IMG/VR virus record: IMGVR_UViG_3300042691_015471
Span: 3,498-67,497 of that record
Length of the DNA: 64,000 nt
DNA from: a virus
Reading direction: 5' to 3' (one strand)
Part shown: positions 1 through 12,600 of the stretch, one piece after another
Layout of the letters: the number at the start of each line of letters is the position of its first letter
Position numbering within the stretch: the first letter of the stretch is position 1
Notes under the pieces: generated by a model
What the model was told of the DNA's origin: nothing
What the model saw: only the letters and a program-made list of their open reading frames with translations
Database searches by the model: none
Position numbers and translations under genes: made by a program

Positions 1-3000
1 GACTACGAGTACAGCACATTTTCTCCGCTGTCAGAACTTGCCAACTACAACACACTAAACGAAACGACTAAAAAATATATTGAGGTAATAATACCTTCTG
101 GTCAGAAGATTGAGCAGGATGTTATCAAGATAGAGATAGCTGTTAGGTTTGTTGTGGGTGGTGCATATAGTATTGTCAAAACTTTCGACAACAAAACCGA
201 TTTTGAAATCCACAACTCAGGGGCAACAACTCCTTTGAAGTTTGATTTCTACAATGATGCTGTAGGTCTTGCAGTTTCTAACGACCAATCCTTCAAGCCG
301 TTTGAGGCTATACCGTTGAAATCTGAAACGCTAGAGATTGCAAGGAACAGACTGTTCTTGGCAAACAATACTGATGGGTACGAAGCGCCTAAAACAACGT
401 CCCTAGACAAAGCTATAGTTGAAGGAGGAGGAGCAACCTACTATGCACTTTGGACAGTCATAAATTATATTACTTTCCTGGATCAGCCTGGGGACAGTTT
501 GATATTGTACATAGGTAACATTGGCGCAGCTAGTGGTTACTACTATGCAACAGTGTACAATGAAATGCAGAACCCGCCATCTACGGTGGACTTCACTATA
601 ATGACCAAGGTTGGTGATACTATCCAGGATATTCAGGCTTCTGGCGAAATACCTATTAAAGAGTTTATAAATGCAGTGACAATACCTGGTGCTGTAACGG
701 TTCAGAATGCACCTGCTAGTCCTAGTATTGCTAATGATACTGCATACAAAAGCGATTCATCTTACAGGCTTGGTGTTGTATTCTATGATGACCTTGGTAG
801 GAATAGTGGTGTTGTCACAAGGGATGACCTAAAGGTTGTTACGCCAGACAGGACTTATTCTGCTGTGTCATACTATACAGGGATCAGCTGGACATTGAGC
901 AATGTGAGTGCAGAGTCAGAGATTCCTGCATGGGCAAAGTACTACTCAATAGTGATGACCAAGAATCTTAGGACATCATTCTTTTTGCAGTCCAGGGTGA
1001 CCACATTAAAGTGGGTAACTAAGAATACCAATGGTGAGTATGTAATACAAAATAGCTACGATCCAACACACTTTGGTTTAGCTGTTGACATATCGGCTTT
1101 GGTTGGTATTGGATATGGTTATAAGTACCAAGAGGGCGATCTGATCAAGATATACCCACAGACCGGAAACCCTGTGACATTGTCTGTCAAGGATGAGTTT
1201 GGTAGCAATATAATCTGTGACAACAGTAGTGTATCTGGTACTGCTCTTTATGAAATATTTACTCCTTATATTCAAAATATCAATGAGCCGTATTTTGAGC
1301 GTGCTCAGGTTTACCCTGTACTTAATCCTGGTAAATCCAACAGGGCGTACACAGCTATAGCTGGTCAGATTAAGGGGGACATAACAATAATGCAACGGAC
1401 TGCCGGAGTATCTACTTACAGTACCGAGGCAATGTCTCCATCAGATCTTAACTGGAGGAACTGGAACACCAATGCAGGTAGGAGCAATATCGTAATAGAC
1501 GCTAGAACTGCAAATAAAAGGACAAGCGTATCTTTTTCAAATGTCATTGTACTTGGTTCTCAGACCAATGGTTTGTCAACATTTGAAGTTTTTGATCAGA
1601 CGCAATTACCATACGAGCTAAGCTCAATTCAGAAGCTTCAGTTAGTTAGTAAGATAGAGGCAGAGGGAACAATCATGCTTGCCATTGGCGAGCAAGAAAC
1701 CGCATCTATGTACTTAGGAGAGTCTCAGGTGTTTGACAATACCGGATCTTCCTTCCTTGCGAAAAGCTCGGGGGTTATAGGTAATGTCAACGTATTGAGA
1801 GGATCATACGGAACCATCAACCCGGAGAGTGTTGTCAGGTATCAGGGTAATGTGTATTGGTTTGACGCAAACAAGGGAGCTGTTGTAAGCTACTCACAGA
1901 ACGGACTGTTTCCAATCTCATCAAACAAGATGTTTAAATACTTCCGTAAGGTTGGCCAAGACATCTTGACTAAGAATCTGAAGTTTTTTGGAGGGATAGA
2001 TCCATACCATAATGAGGTGTTGATGTACGCTCCAAGGAAATCAGCCATCCCTGAGGGAGCAAGGTTATTGGATATGGAGATTGCTTCTAGCTCATACTCA
2101 TTTACTACAATCAATCCTACCTCAACTATAGTGGTACAGGGAAGCGCTTCTTATACGTTTACAGGTAGCGCTATTGGTCCTAACCAATCTGTTGTGACAG
2201 GTTCTACTGGTGCTGTAACATACTCTTATTCCGGCACCGGTGCTACCACGTATGGTCCAACCGCAACTAGGCCAACTCAAGCTGGGACTTACCAGGTGGT
2301 TGCCACAGTTGCTAGTGACGGTATTTATAATGCAGCTACATCGGCTCCATTCCCATTCTCTGTTCAAGTGGCGCTTCTTCCATCTACAATTGCAGTAGTT
2401 GGTGTGTCCTCTTACACTTTCACTAGTGGTCAGTTAGGACCTAACCAGTCCGTGGTTACCGGATCTACCGGTGCTGTTACGTATTCGTATGTGGGTGTTA
2501 GTGGAACAACTTACGGACCAAGTACTACTAGGCCTACTCAGGTTGGTAGCTATAGTGTTACAGCCACTGTCGCCAAGGACGCAACATACGACACAGCAAC
2601 GTCTGCTCCTTTCCCATTTGCAATTGCTGAAGCATTCGTATTCGATGCCGACTACATGTTGTTGACTTATCAGTTTACTGATGGATTAGACCTCGATACA
2701 AGAACTCGTATTGTAGTTCCTGATATTGGACAGGATGCTCAGACTAAGTATGTTGGATGGGGAGTGAGTTCTGTATGGCCTGCCACAGGAACGCCAATAT
2801 TGGATTGGGGTGGCGATAACACGGGCACCGGCTTTGAATCTGTATTGATCAATGTGGCACAACTGAAAGCTCAGTATCCATCTGCAACAAATATGATAGC
2901 TGATCTTAGGGCGTTCTGGTTCAATACACAAGGATTCAACCCGGTGAATGTAGCAGCAACTTTGTGGAAGGGTGGCACTCCTGTCAAACAAGGGGGAGGT

Positions 3001-3198
3001 GGCAGTCCTGCATACAGCTTTACCAACCCGACAGCACAGTCAACATTGAACATTAGTTCTGTTGGTAAGGTTATCACGTCATTAGGATTGCCAAACAAGT
3101 CCCAGAGTTCGGGTGACCGTGTGGCAACATTGACATATAACCTCCAGACAAATACTGGTTCATTTAGTACAACAGACACAACAACACCTAGTGTATGA
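1..3198 (+). CDS. Tail stabilisation/nozzle-like virion protein, N-terminal part (starts before the window), with two MBG-like Ig repeats and an extra C-terminal domain
   Basis: Frame is open from base 1. Motifs YRLGVVFYDDLGRNS, YGTINPES, YWFDANKGAV and GGIDPYHNE resemble Bacteroidota podophage stabiliser proteins. An ~85-aa repeat occurs twice at ~2122-2630. Confidence 0.65.
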   Translation, partial: DYEYSTFSPLSELANYNTLNETTKKYIEVIIPSGQKIEQDVIKIEIAVRFVVGGAYSIVKTFDNKTDFEIHNSGATTPLKFDFYNDAVGLAVSNDQSFKPFEAIPLKSETLEIARNRLFLANNTDGYEAPKTTSLDKAIVEGGGATYYALWTVINYITFLDQPGDSLILYIGNIGAASGYYYATVYNEMQNPPSTVDFTIMTKVGDTIQDIQASGEIPIKEFINAVTIPGAVTVQNAPASPSIANDTAYKSDSSYRLGVVFYDDLGRNSGVVTRDDLKVVTPDRTYSAVSYYTGISWTLSNVSAESEIPAWAKYYSIVMTKNLRTSFFLQSRVTTLKWVTKNTNGEYVIQNSYDPTHFGLAVDISALVGIGYGYKYQEGDLIKIYPQTGNPVTLSVKDEFGSNIICDNSSVSGTALYEIFTPYIQNINEPYFERAQVYPVLNPGKSNRAYTAIAGQIKGDITIMQRTAGVSTYSTEAMSPSDLNWRNWNTNAGRSNIVIDARTANKRTSVSFSNVIVLGSQTNGLSTFEVFDQTQLPYELSSIQKLQLVSKIEAEGTIMLAIGEQETASMYLGESQVFDNTGSSFLAKSSGVIGNVNVLRGSYGTINPESVVRYQGNVYWFDANKGAVVSYSQNGLFPISSNKMFKYFRKVGQDILTKNLKFFGGIDPYHNEVLMYAPRKSAIPEGARLLDMEIASSSYSFTTINPTSTIVVQGSASYTFTGSAIGPNQSVVTGSTGAVTYSYSGTGATTYGPTATRPTQAGTYQVVATVASDGIYNAATSAPFPFSVQVALLPSTIAVVGVSSYTFTSGQLGPNQSVVTGSTGAVTYSYVGVSGTTYGPSTTRPTQVGSYSVTATVAKDATYDTATSAPFPFAIAEAFVFDADYMLLTYQFTDGLDLDTRTRIVVPDIGQDAQTKYVGWGVSSVWPATGTPILDWGGDNTGTGFESVLINVAQLKAQYPSATNMIADLRAFWFNTQGFNPVNVAATLWKGGTPVKQGGGGSPAYSFTNPTAQSTLNISSVGKVITSLGLPNKSQSSGDRVATLTYNLQTNTGSFSTTDTTTPSV
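2122..2630 (+). repeat. Tandem duplication of an ~85-aa MBG/Ig-like domain
   Basis: STIxVxG...GPNQSVVTGSTGAVTYSY...TYGP..TRPTQ.G.Y.V.ATVA.D..Y..ATSAPFPF occurs twice. Confidence 0.8.
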
Positions 3199-3386
3199 CA
3201 ATAAAAGAAGCAATGGCTTTCGTGTACAGCACTCTTGGAGATGTTGTGCTGGTAGAGCGAGACGAAGACAGAAACATATTCAGCTCGGGAGCTGGGCACA
3301 TGGTTGTCATCATGGATGGTGATAACGGTTTGTACAGTCCTGTATTTCAAACCCTAGAAGAAGCACAAGCATGGTTGCCTCAATAA
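3195..3386 (+). CDS. Small hypothetical protein
   Basis: 63-aa ORF; ATGA overlap with the upstream gene. Confidence 0.55.
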   Translation: MTIKEAMAFVYSTLGDVVLVERDEDRNIFSSGAGHMVVIMDGDNGLYSPVFQTLEEAQAWLPQ

Positions 3387-4132
3387 ACATATCAGTAACA
3401 GAAGGTAAGGAGTACAAGGTGACAGCACCTGCTGGGATTACTGTCAAGTATAATGGCGAGACGGTGACCTCCACATTTATTGCTGTCGCTAGCGTGAACC
3501 AGATCCTATTGGTTTCAGAGTTTGTACAGAGTGGACAGATTCAGGTTATTGAAATAGTTCGGGGGTATTACGATGCTTATGATGCGCAAGGCGGGGTATG
3601 GGCATATCAACCAAGCCTAGACAAATGGACTAGCCAATACAGCTTCAGACCTGAGTGGATGACACTGGTAGGGAATCGGTTGGTTTCTTTCAGAGATGGC
3701 AGACCTTATATACATGACAACGCTACCAGGAATACCTTCTATGGGCAGGCATATGATTCAGTGGTGGCCTTCAACCACAATGAGGCTGGTAATGTAACCA
3801 AGGCATATTTGACTGTATCGGTAGAGGGATCTAAGCCGGACATAGTTCACTCCCGAACTGAGGTGCCGTTCGTTCAGAGCTCAGACATAAGGCTTGATGA
3901 GTTCCAGGTAACAGAAGGTGTTAACTATGCCGGTATTCTAAGGGATAGGTTAAGCCCCAACGTATCTGGATCCTATGAGCAGAAGTTACTTAAGGGGGAC
4001 AGGATGCGTGGCGAGATTGGTAAGTTCCAGGTAAACTACACACTACCCACAACAGAGAAGAATCTTAAGCTTTTCAACATAGGTTTCAACATTAGCCGGG
4101 GTCACAATACCATACCCCAAAATGGAGAATAA
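3371..4132 (+). CDS. C-terminal part of the tail stabiliser/nozzle-like protein
   Basis: KWTSQYSFRPEWM...RNTFYG...VSVEG...RMRG matches the usual C-terminal end of this protein family, as recalled. Confidence 0.6.
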   Translation: MVASINISVTEGKEYKVTAPAGITVKYNGETVTSTFIAVASVNQILLVSEFVQSGQIQVIEIVRGYYDAYDAQGGVWAYQPSLDKWTSQYSFRPEWMTLVGNRLVSFRDGRPYIHDNATRNTFYGQAYDSVVAFNHNEAGNVTKAYLTVSVEGSKPDIVHSRTEVPFVQSSDIRLDEFQVTEGVNYAGILRDRLSPNVSGSYEQKLLKGDRMRGEIGKFQVNYTLPTTEKNLKLFNIGFNISRGHNTIPQNGE

Positions 4133-4148
4133 CTCACTATAATAGAGA

Positions 4149-4156
4149 TAACTTTG
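4149..4156 (+). promoter_or_regulatory. Bacteroidota-type -7 promoter element TAACTTTG
   Basis: Exact TAnnTTTG just upstream of ATG 4162. Confidence 0.5.
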
Positions 4157-4161
4157 TAAAT

Positions 4162-4782
4162 ATGAACCCACTATCAGCAATAGGAGGAGCCGCTCAGATA
4201 GGCACAAGCATATTCAACATTTTCCAAGGAGCGAAGATGATGAAGGATGCCAAGAAGATTAAGCCGGACTATTTCGGTATTGATGATTCTAGGCTTAAGG
4301 GCATGGAGAGTCAGTACGCCAAGGATATGCTTGGTCGTGCTCAAAGTCAGCTTAATGCAAGAATGCCTGGTGCTGCAGCTCGGGAGAGACAAATCCAGGG
4401 CGCAAGAGCAGGTACTCAAGCTGCCATAGCTAGGGGAGCAGTTGACCCAACCATGGCCATGCAGGCAATGCTTGCTTCTCAGGCGCAAGGTGACGATCAG
4501 ATCAACAATCAGTTCATGATGGAGAATCAGTTCCAACAGCAGAGGGAAGCTAACCTGATGAACGCCCAGGGTGTAATGATTTCAGAAAGGGATAAGGCGC
4601 TGCAGGAAAAGAATATGAAGTACCAAATGGACATGTCTCAGAAGAATGCGCTTCGCAGTGCAGGACAGCAGACTATTTCAAGCGCAGGTAGTTCGTTGGC
4701 TGGTTCGTTTATGGGCCTAGGTGCGCAGAAAGACGCTAACAATAGAGCTGCTATGAATTATTTCGCATCCATGATGGGATAG
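4162..4782 (+). CDS. Internal virion/ejection protein (Gly/Ala/Gln/Met-rich)
   Basis: Composition, hydrophobic GA-rich N-terminus, first of three ORFs of increasing size after the tail genes. Confidence 0.6.
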   Translation: MNPLSAIGGAAQIGTSIFNIFQGAKMMKDAKKIKPDYFGIDDSRLKGMESQYAKDMLGRAQSQLNARMPGAAARERQIQGARAGTQAAIARGAVDPTMAMQAMLASQAQGDDQINNQFMMENQFQQQREANLMNAQGVMISERDKALQEKNMKYQMDMSQKNALRSAGQQTISSAGSSLAGSFMGLGAQKDANNRAAMNYFASMMG

Positions 4783-4796
4783 TAAAACTTGTATAA

Positions 4797-6605
4797 ATGT
4801 TTGAATTACCTAAAGCAATAGAAACCGATACGACACCTGTCAAGCTTCTCTATCAAGCTGCAGAAAATGCTCGTGCAGAACAGCAGCAGATGATGCAGTT
4901 GGCTATGAAGAATGAGCAGACCAGGCGTGAAGCGTTTGGTGGTGCACAGAAACAGCTATTCGATATTGCTAGTGCTCAGAATGTTCCTGCCGAGGTACAG
5001 CGCCAAATCCTTACACAGGGTCTCAACGAACTCACAAACCTTTACAAGAACAGGAAGGATGTAAAGAGTGGCGATTTTAGTATGATGGCAATGAATACCC
5101 TGGTCAAGGCAAAGGGTGACTCAACAGCATTCCAACAGTATCTAGGTGGCGGAGAAAAGTTTATTGCAGACCTGAAAGAGAAAGGATATGATGAGGTAAA
5201 TCTTAAGACAGCTTTATCTAATAGTATGTTTGACGAGCAGATGGTTAATACTCCTGCAGGTCAGCAAGTCGTTCGTGTACCTAAGGATCCTACAAAGCTT
5301 GGAGATCCGCTTCAGTTTTTAGCTAAGGAAGTTGATGACAATAACAAAAAGTATTTAGATCGTACGAAGTCAAGCAAGCAGTTGCAGACAACAGTCAGTG
5401 ATTACAAGCCTGCAGAGTATAAGTTTACTGATAGCCAAGACTTGACAGGCAACAAGACTGTAAAGGTTTCATATACTGAGAAGTCATATCCATGGACAAG
5501 AACTCAAGAGATTAATCAGAGTGGTCAGAAGGTAAAGATAAATGTGCTTGATACGGAGACTGAGGATATTGGAGGACAGAAAGTGCCAATCCTTTCCAAG
5601 AAGGCATACGAGTTTTTTTCAAGGAATCCCAACATCACTGTTGCTAAAGAGGTAGATGCTATGGGTACTGACTATATTGATGATCACAACAGAAAGCTTG
5701 GTATCAATCCTCAGCAGATAACAGCTGAAAATTTCAGCCAAATAGCTGAGCAGTTCCCTGGTGCTATCAATCCTTTTGATAACGGGAACAGGATGATCTT
5801 CAGCAGGCTGGCATTAACCAAGATGCTTGACCCGCAGTTTGGAAAGTTTGGCGATCCTAATGTTACAATCGATAGGGCTAAGCCTAACGTAACCAATGTA
5901 TACAGCAATAATGAACTGTATACTAGGACAGGTACCTTAAGACCTGAAGCGAAGTTCCCTACTACATGGGCGCAGATTGTCAACCAAGATAGGGAAATCA
6001 TGACCATCGCTGATGACGTTTCGTTTCAGTTCGGGGGCAAAACTCTTACAGGTAAAAAGACAGGTGACAGGGCTCAAGGTCAAATCATCAAGGATAACGG
6101 TAAGAGGGCGACAGTGCTGTCAAGACCTGAAGAACCGGGTGTGATATATGTGGCAGAGATTGAGGATAACGAGATTACAGATAACGTGATAAAGTTGTCA
6201 GGGAAGGAAGCTATTGACTACGGAGCAAAGATATCAGGAGCAAATGGATCAGACGTTAAGACCTTCAATAAATTATACTCTAGCTCTACCAAGACTGTTG
6301 TCCCAATGAGTGACGCTGACAAGGCGAATGTTTCAGTCAATCTGAATCTTCAAGCAGAGAAAGAAGAAGGTAAGGCATTGCTTGGCTCTGCTAGTCAGAT
6401 TAGAGCATTGGGTGCAGGAGAGACAAAGAACATCAACAACGCTAGGGTAAAGTTGAATGGTAAGGAAGTAGTGATTAAAGCTATCCAAAGGATAGATGGG
6501 ACTCTATGGAAATCTCCAGTTGAGGTTACACTACAGGATGGAAGTAAGATGACATTTGATAGTAGAGACGAGTTTATAAATACCCTAATACAATCAAACA
6601 AATAA
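4797..6605 (+). CDS. Probable internal virion/ejection protein
   Basis: 602 aa, helical N-terminus, position between the small and giant ejection-type proteins. Confidence 0.5.
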   Translation: MFELPKAIETDTTPVKLLYQAAENARAEQQQMMQLAMKNEQTRREAFGGAQKQLFDIASAQNVPAEVQRQILTQGLNELTNLYKNRKDVKSGDFSMMAMNTLVKAKGDSTAFQQYLGGGEKFIADLKEKGYDEVNLKTALSNSMFDEQMVNTPAGQQVVRVPKDPTKLGDPLQFLAKEVDDNNKKYLDRTKSSKQLQTTVSDYKPAEYKFTDSQDLTGNKTVKVSYTEKSYPWTRTQEINQSGQKVKINVLDTETEDIGGQKVPILSKKAYEFFSRNPNITVAKEVDAMGTDYIDDHNRKLGINPQQITAENFSQIAEQFPGAINPFDNGNRMIFSRLALTKMLDPQFGKFGDPNVTIDRAKPNVTNVYSNNELYTRTGTLRPEAKFPTTWAQIVNQDREIMTIADDVSFQFGGKTLTGKKTGDRAQGQIIKDNGKRATVLSRPEEPGVIYVAEIEDNEITDNVIKLSGKEAIDYGAKISGANGSDVKTFNKLYSSSTKTVVPMSDADKANVSVNLNLQAEKEEGKALLGSASQIRALGAGETKNINNARVKLNGKEVVIKAIQRIDGTLWKSPVEVTLQDGSKMTFDSRDEFINTLIQSNK

Positions 6606-6608
6606 TTC

Positions 6609-9600
6609 ATGCCGGATCCTATTTTAGATTTGATTCTTAGACGCAAGGCTGCTAAGGGTAAGTTGAATAATCAGAGCTCACAGACTGTGACAATGATGTC
6701 TCCAGCAATTTCTGATGACGAATCATCGCAGACTAAGCTTGACTTGTTTGATATTGACAGAAAGATATCTATGCTAGGGTATAACCCTAACGATGCAGAA
6801 CAAAAGCTTGGAGACCTTCCCGACAATACTCCTGATTTCTTAGTTCATGATTTGTTGAATATAGAGAATCCTGTTGATTTAATTAGGAAGAAGGCTGCTA
6901 TAAAATGGCAAGCACCTTTAGTCAAAAGTGTTGAAAGCATACTAGACCCTGCCCTTAGGAGTAAGGCAATGGAAGAGTTCGACTATATCTACAAGGGCAT
7001 TACTGGTGCTAAGGGTGAGAAATCAAACTACTATCAAAACGCCATCTCAAGTACTAAGGCAGCTGTTGACATTATAAACAAATATAATGGCAGTGGTGAC
7101 AAGGATGAAATGCTTGAAAACCTTAGAATTAATTCAGAGTATGGATTGGCTCAATCATTGATGCAAGATCCATCTGCACAACAACGCTGGGCAGACATAG
7201 GTCTTAATCCAATTCAAGGGATTGCCTTAGATATAAAAGAACTGTTCAGCCCGGAAGGAAAAGGTTACAAGGAACAGGTTGTAAAAAAAGCTGTTTTGCC
7301 TGAGGCAATAAGCGAGCAGAATTTCAAGAAGGCTCAGCTTGAGCGTGAGGGCATCAGCATCCTTGGAAAAGAGATAGACTATCTTCTTGAAAGCAAGTCA
7401 GGTGCCGTAAAGAAGGCAGACGAATTCTATAAGCAGAACGAGGGTAAGCTTGCTGAGCTGGGTGAACTTATCAAGAAAGATTCAAAGCTTTCTGAGGAGA
7501 TGAAGCAAAATCTTACTGGATTTCATACAGAATATAAGCAGGCGATTGAAGGCAAGGATGGAGATGTATTTATCAGTCCGTACAACTTTGATGTGCTCAA
7601 GGCAAAGGTCGAAGACAAAACTGCAAATGCATCTGAGGTTCGTGAGTATAACAATCGTGTAGGCAAACTTAATCAAATAGTCTCCAAATACAAAGGAGAC
7701 TTTGATGCTGCCAAAGAAAACAATGTTGAGCAAAACTCGGCTGTTCGTGAGTACAACAAGATTGTAAATAAAATCCAAGAATCCTATCAATCAGTAAAGG
7801 ACACGGGTAAGCTTTCTGCATGGGCAGAATACCTAGCCAAACAAAAGGGTACACTTGGTGAAAGGTATCCTGAGTACAAGCAACAGGAGTTAGAAGGACT
7901 AGTTAAAGATATTGCAGGTGATAATGTTGGTCTTGGCAAAAAGACTGTATTCCGTTATGCAAATTCTATAGGTGCAGAAACTGTTGATGCAATCCGTAAG
8001 GTATGGAACAACCTGACAATATGGGATGGCGATAAGCTGAGAGATGTAGAGATGGGTGATGCATATCGTAGGCGTATTGAGGATGTGATTATGGGATACG
8101 AGACAGGAACTCAAATGGTGAAAGATGAGCGTACTGTAATACCTGTAGTGCAGAAGGATATCCAAGACGAGCTGAATAAGATTAAGAACAGCAATCTGTC
8201 TGAAGAAGAAAAGTATCAGCAGAACTATAAGATAGTCTCAAAAGCATTTGACGATAAGAAGGTACAGTATGTAGCCAATCCAAAGTATGGCAAATACAAT
8301 ATAACAGCGGATTCCGTCTTGAACACCGTGTCTAGTATGTCAGCACAATTTGTTGGTCAGATGGTGCAAACATATTTGGGAGGTGGATTTGGAAACGTAT
8401 CAAAAGCCAGGAGGTTGCTCACAAGGGGCAGCACTGTCTTCGGTCAGGTATTTGGCAGAGAGTATGACTTAGCTGTACAGCGTGGTGATTCAAACCCATT
8501 TGAACAAGCCTCGACAAAAGCTGGTATTGAGATGCTGAGTGAGTTTGTTTTTGATGACGTTGAGTTTGTCAAGAAAATGTCTCCTGCATTCGCAAGGATT
8601 GCAGGTGATATGAGTCAAGCTGAATGGAAGATGCTCACGTCTGGCAAAATAAAAAGCAACATAGGTAGGGAAATTGCTAGTTCTTTAGAAGCTCTTTTTA
8701 AAGAAGGTACTGTTGAAGAGGGTCTAGCGCAGCTCGGGGGGAACTTTGCAGACAAGTATATGTTCGGTAAAGACAATGATATCACAGAGGGTCTTGACGT
8801 AGCAGTGCTTGCAGGTACTATAGGTTTTGCACCAATGGCACTCATAGGCCTTCCATTAAAATACAGATCAGCCAACATGAGTGACAAGCTCATGATGTAC
8901 CAAGCAGGGTACAAAGCTGACCAGGTTATCGAAGAGCTGAATCGCCAGGTTGGTTATGGCGCTATAACTGCCGAAGAGGCGAAGCAAAGGATAGAGGCTG
9001 TAAAGACCATGAAGGAAGTTGTTGGCGGTATGAGTATGTACGATGCCAATGGCAAACCACTTACAGACAATCAGAAGGCACAGTATGCCTGGAACGAATA
9101 CACCAAGATCAAGGCCAAGAATATTGAGAACTTACCTGAGCAGCAAAGACAAGAGGTTGAGCAGGTAGCTGCAGAAGCAGATCAAAGTAGTAGTAACATC
9201 TTAAACGGTACAGACAATGCCACTTATGAAAGCACAAGGCCCATGCAAGGAATGCCTGCAGAAGGCGGTAGCGTACAACCTCAAGCAACTGTCGAAGGAC
9301 AACAAGAAGAAGGACAAGCCACGCAGCCGACAGCAAATGTTGGCTATAGCGATGGCAGCGGCCAAGAGGTAGACATTGCGGAAGTTCCGCAAGGATTGAC
9401 AGCTATTGCTACCAAGGTGATAGGCGATGCAATCAACACTGCCAAGTCCCTGGTCAAGACCGGGATTAAGGTAAGGGTATTCCAAAACCAAGAGGACTTT
9501 GAAAGAGAATCTGCTAAGCTCGGGCAACAAGCTCGGGGGCAGGGTGTTTTCATGTCCGATGGTAAGCAGGTCCTGATCAACCTGTCAAAGATTAACGAGG

Positions 9601-12600
9601 TTAAAGACTGGGGTATTGTATGGCATGAAGGTGCTCACCCGGTTATGAATATATTACGCAACACCAATACACCGTTGTACGATAAGATGGCAAAAGGCTT
9701 TACTGCTTTGGCCAAACAGGGTGGTGTGTTTGCTCAGGTTGCGAAGTGGGCAAAGGGAGATTACAATGGTGCAGCATCTGATGTACAAACAGATGAGGCC
9801 ATGGTTGAGACCATTTCATTGCTTGGCGATGGTAGGATTAAGTTGGCAGATATCCCAACAAGTTTCCGTCAGCAGGTTATTGATTTTGTCAACCAGGTGG
9901 CAGACTTCCTTGGTCTTGGTCAGATGTCAGACACTAGTGAAAGGGTGTTCATTCAGAAGGCTTCTCAGATTGCAGGAGCTCTCCGCTCGGGGGAAAGCAT
10001 TGAGTCTGTGGTAGGTGCTGAGAACGTAGGCATGACTCAGAATCCGTTTGCTCAGAAAAGAGACCAGATTACATCACAGCTACGTGACAGGTCGAGTTTT
10101 GATTTCTTGCAAGGGGATGCATTAAGTGTACAATCTGAGAATCCAAACAATATATACAATGCTATCAAGTTTGCCGATGAGTCAGGCTTTGATAAAAACA
10201 TAGACTTCAAGCTTGCTCTTCAAGAAAGGTTTAATACCCACTTGAAAGAACTTAAGAAAGCTTATGGTAAGGATTTTGAGCCCCTGCAATACAATGAGGC
10301 TGTGAAGAAATTCTACGTAGATGCCATTAGGGAGGAAGCTAAGAAGGGTATTCAAGATCACCCTGAGGCTATAGGTTGGTATGACGAAAAGACAAGGAAT
10401 GCTTTGTCGATCATATCTCTGATACATCCTGAGATTGCTACAAACATAGATGACCGTGCTGCATTTATTCTTCCATTAGCTATCACTTCAAATGGCAACC
10501 TTGTTGACAAGAACTTTGAATACGCTCTTGATCAGTATGAATACTTCAAAGCAAATAAAAGGTACAATGCAAAAGGTGAGTTTGGGGCACAGCAATCCGG
10601 TATCATTGCTTCATTAAATCTAATGAATGCAATCCTTGATGCTGGAATAAGTATGGAGGATTTGACAGATTACTTCACCACTATGCACAAGGCTGGTAAT
10701 CTTAAGTTCAAGATCAAGTCCGGAGGCAAGTCAAAAGACGTAGATCTTTCTGGAGGGGAGCTAGTAGATGAGGATGTGTTTGGTGCTTCAATCTTAGGTC
10801 CTAAGATAGGTAATGGATTCTACATGAACTTGTGGGGTGAGTTTAATCAGCTTACTATGGACAGGTGGTTTATGAGAACCTGGGGTAGGCTTGGTGGAAC
10901 ACTGATTGACTATGACAAGGGTCTAGTAAACGAGAATAAGAAAAGGCTTAGTGATGCATTGTCTGCAATTAAATCAGACCCTGAGTCGAAGAAGATACTG
11001 AAGGATGTGGTCGGATCCACTTCTGGCATGTCTGTTACTGACTTAGCGAATACCATCAAAAAGATATCTGCAGACAAGGTATCTCGGAGTAAGCTGACGA
11101 ACAATCCGCTTACAAACGAATTAAGGAAAGCTTCAAATACGCTTGTTGGAAACATGCTTGGAGAGGTGGAGCTGCCACGTCATGGAACAGAAAGAAAGTT
11201 CATAAGGGAAGTGTTCCGTGATGTTCAAAAAAAGCTTAAATTAGAGGACAATATAGATATCACTATTGCTGATCTTCAAGCGGTGTTGTGGTATCCCGAA
11301 AAGATATTATACGACTCATTCCAGAAAAACAAAACATTTGAACAAAATGCAGCAAGATATCAAGAAGGATCAGCCCCAGACTATCAAAATGCAGCAGCAG
11401 ATCTCGCAAGAGGAAGAGGATACACAGATGTCCAAATACAGGATAGTATCCGAAGAGGACAATCCGTTAGATTCTCTGACACCAGAGGAGATGCAGGAAT
11501 TAGCCAAGCAGATCGCACTCAGAATAAAGAAAGAATCTTCGGGGTCGTAAAGGACTTCAAATCTAAAAATGAAGTATCTCAAGAACGCAACTCATCTGTA
11601 TTTGCAGCACCGTTCTACGACCTGTCCCTGCGGGATCAGCCTGGTAATTTTACCACCAAAGCGGACGAAGCTCGGGGGACAGAAGCATATCAGCAGTACG
11701 AGAATGATATCAAGGAAGTTGCTCAGCTTCTTGGTATAAACCTAGAAGATGTTGAGAATCTTATTGGCGGTTTTGAAAACGAGCAGGGCAAGAAGATAGT
11801 TGAAGTTGCAGCCAAGAGTAATATTGAGGTTGATGATTTCAATAAGGCGATTCAGTTCGCTGCTATCCTTGGAGCGATTGCACCAGAGACTCAGGAGTCT
11901 ACCATTGCAGCAAGGTATGTAGAAGATGATACGCCTGACCATAACGCAGACGAGTATGTCATCCAGGTTAGTGATCCGGATCTTGCGATACAAGCGCTTA
12001 CAGACATTGGGGTGTACAACTTCAGTGTTAACGAAAAGACAAATGAGGTAACCCTACTCAATATTTTTGCCTACCCAACCGAGAATATTAAAGGTATAGT
12101 CAATAACTTTGCGTCTAAACTTAATGAATATGGAGTTGAATACACCCCTGCAACCAAGTCAGCCATCCAGTCCGAGTACATCGACTACAACAGAAGGCAA
12201 GACATTATTTCAAATATTTCAGGAGATGCCGTATACGGACAAGCGGGGCAAAGGCTTCGTGATGTCATCGCCAATGCAAGGCAAAGGAATGAACAGTTCA
12301 TCAAACAAAAGCAAGGACAACAAAGAAGATCAGCCGCTGTAACAGCTGAGATGGATTCTATAGTAGCTGATGCCAAAGCTAACGGCACCTACTTAAAAGC
12401 CCCTAACGGTAACGATACAAAGCTTACCCCCGATCAGTGGGCAACTACACGTACACAGAATTTCAAGAATTGGTTTGGCGATTGGGAGAATGATCCTGCC
12501 AACTCATCCAAGGTTGTGGACGAGAACGGTGAGCCGTTGGTTGTGTTTCATGGCACTGATAATACCTTTGATACTTTTGTCCCATCTACTGCACAGGGAT

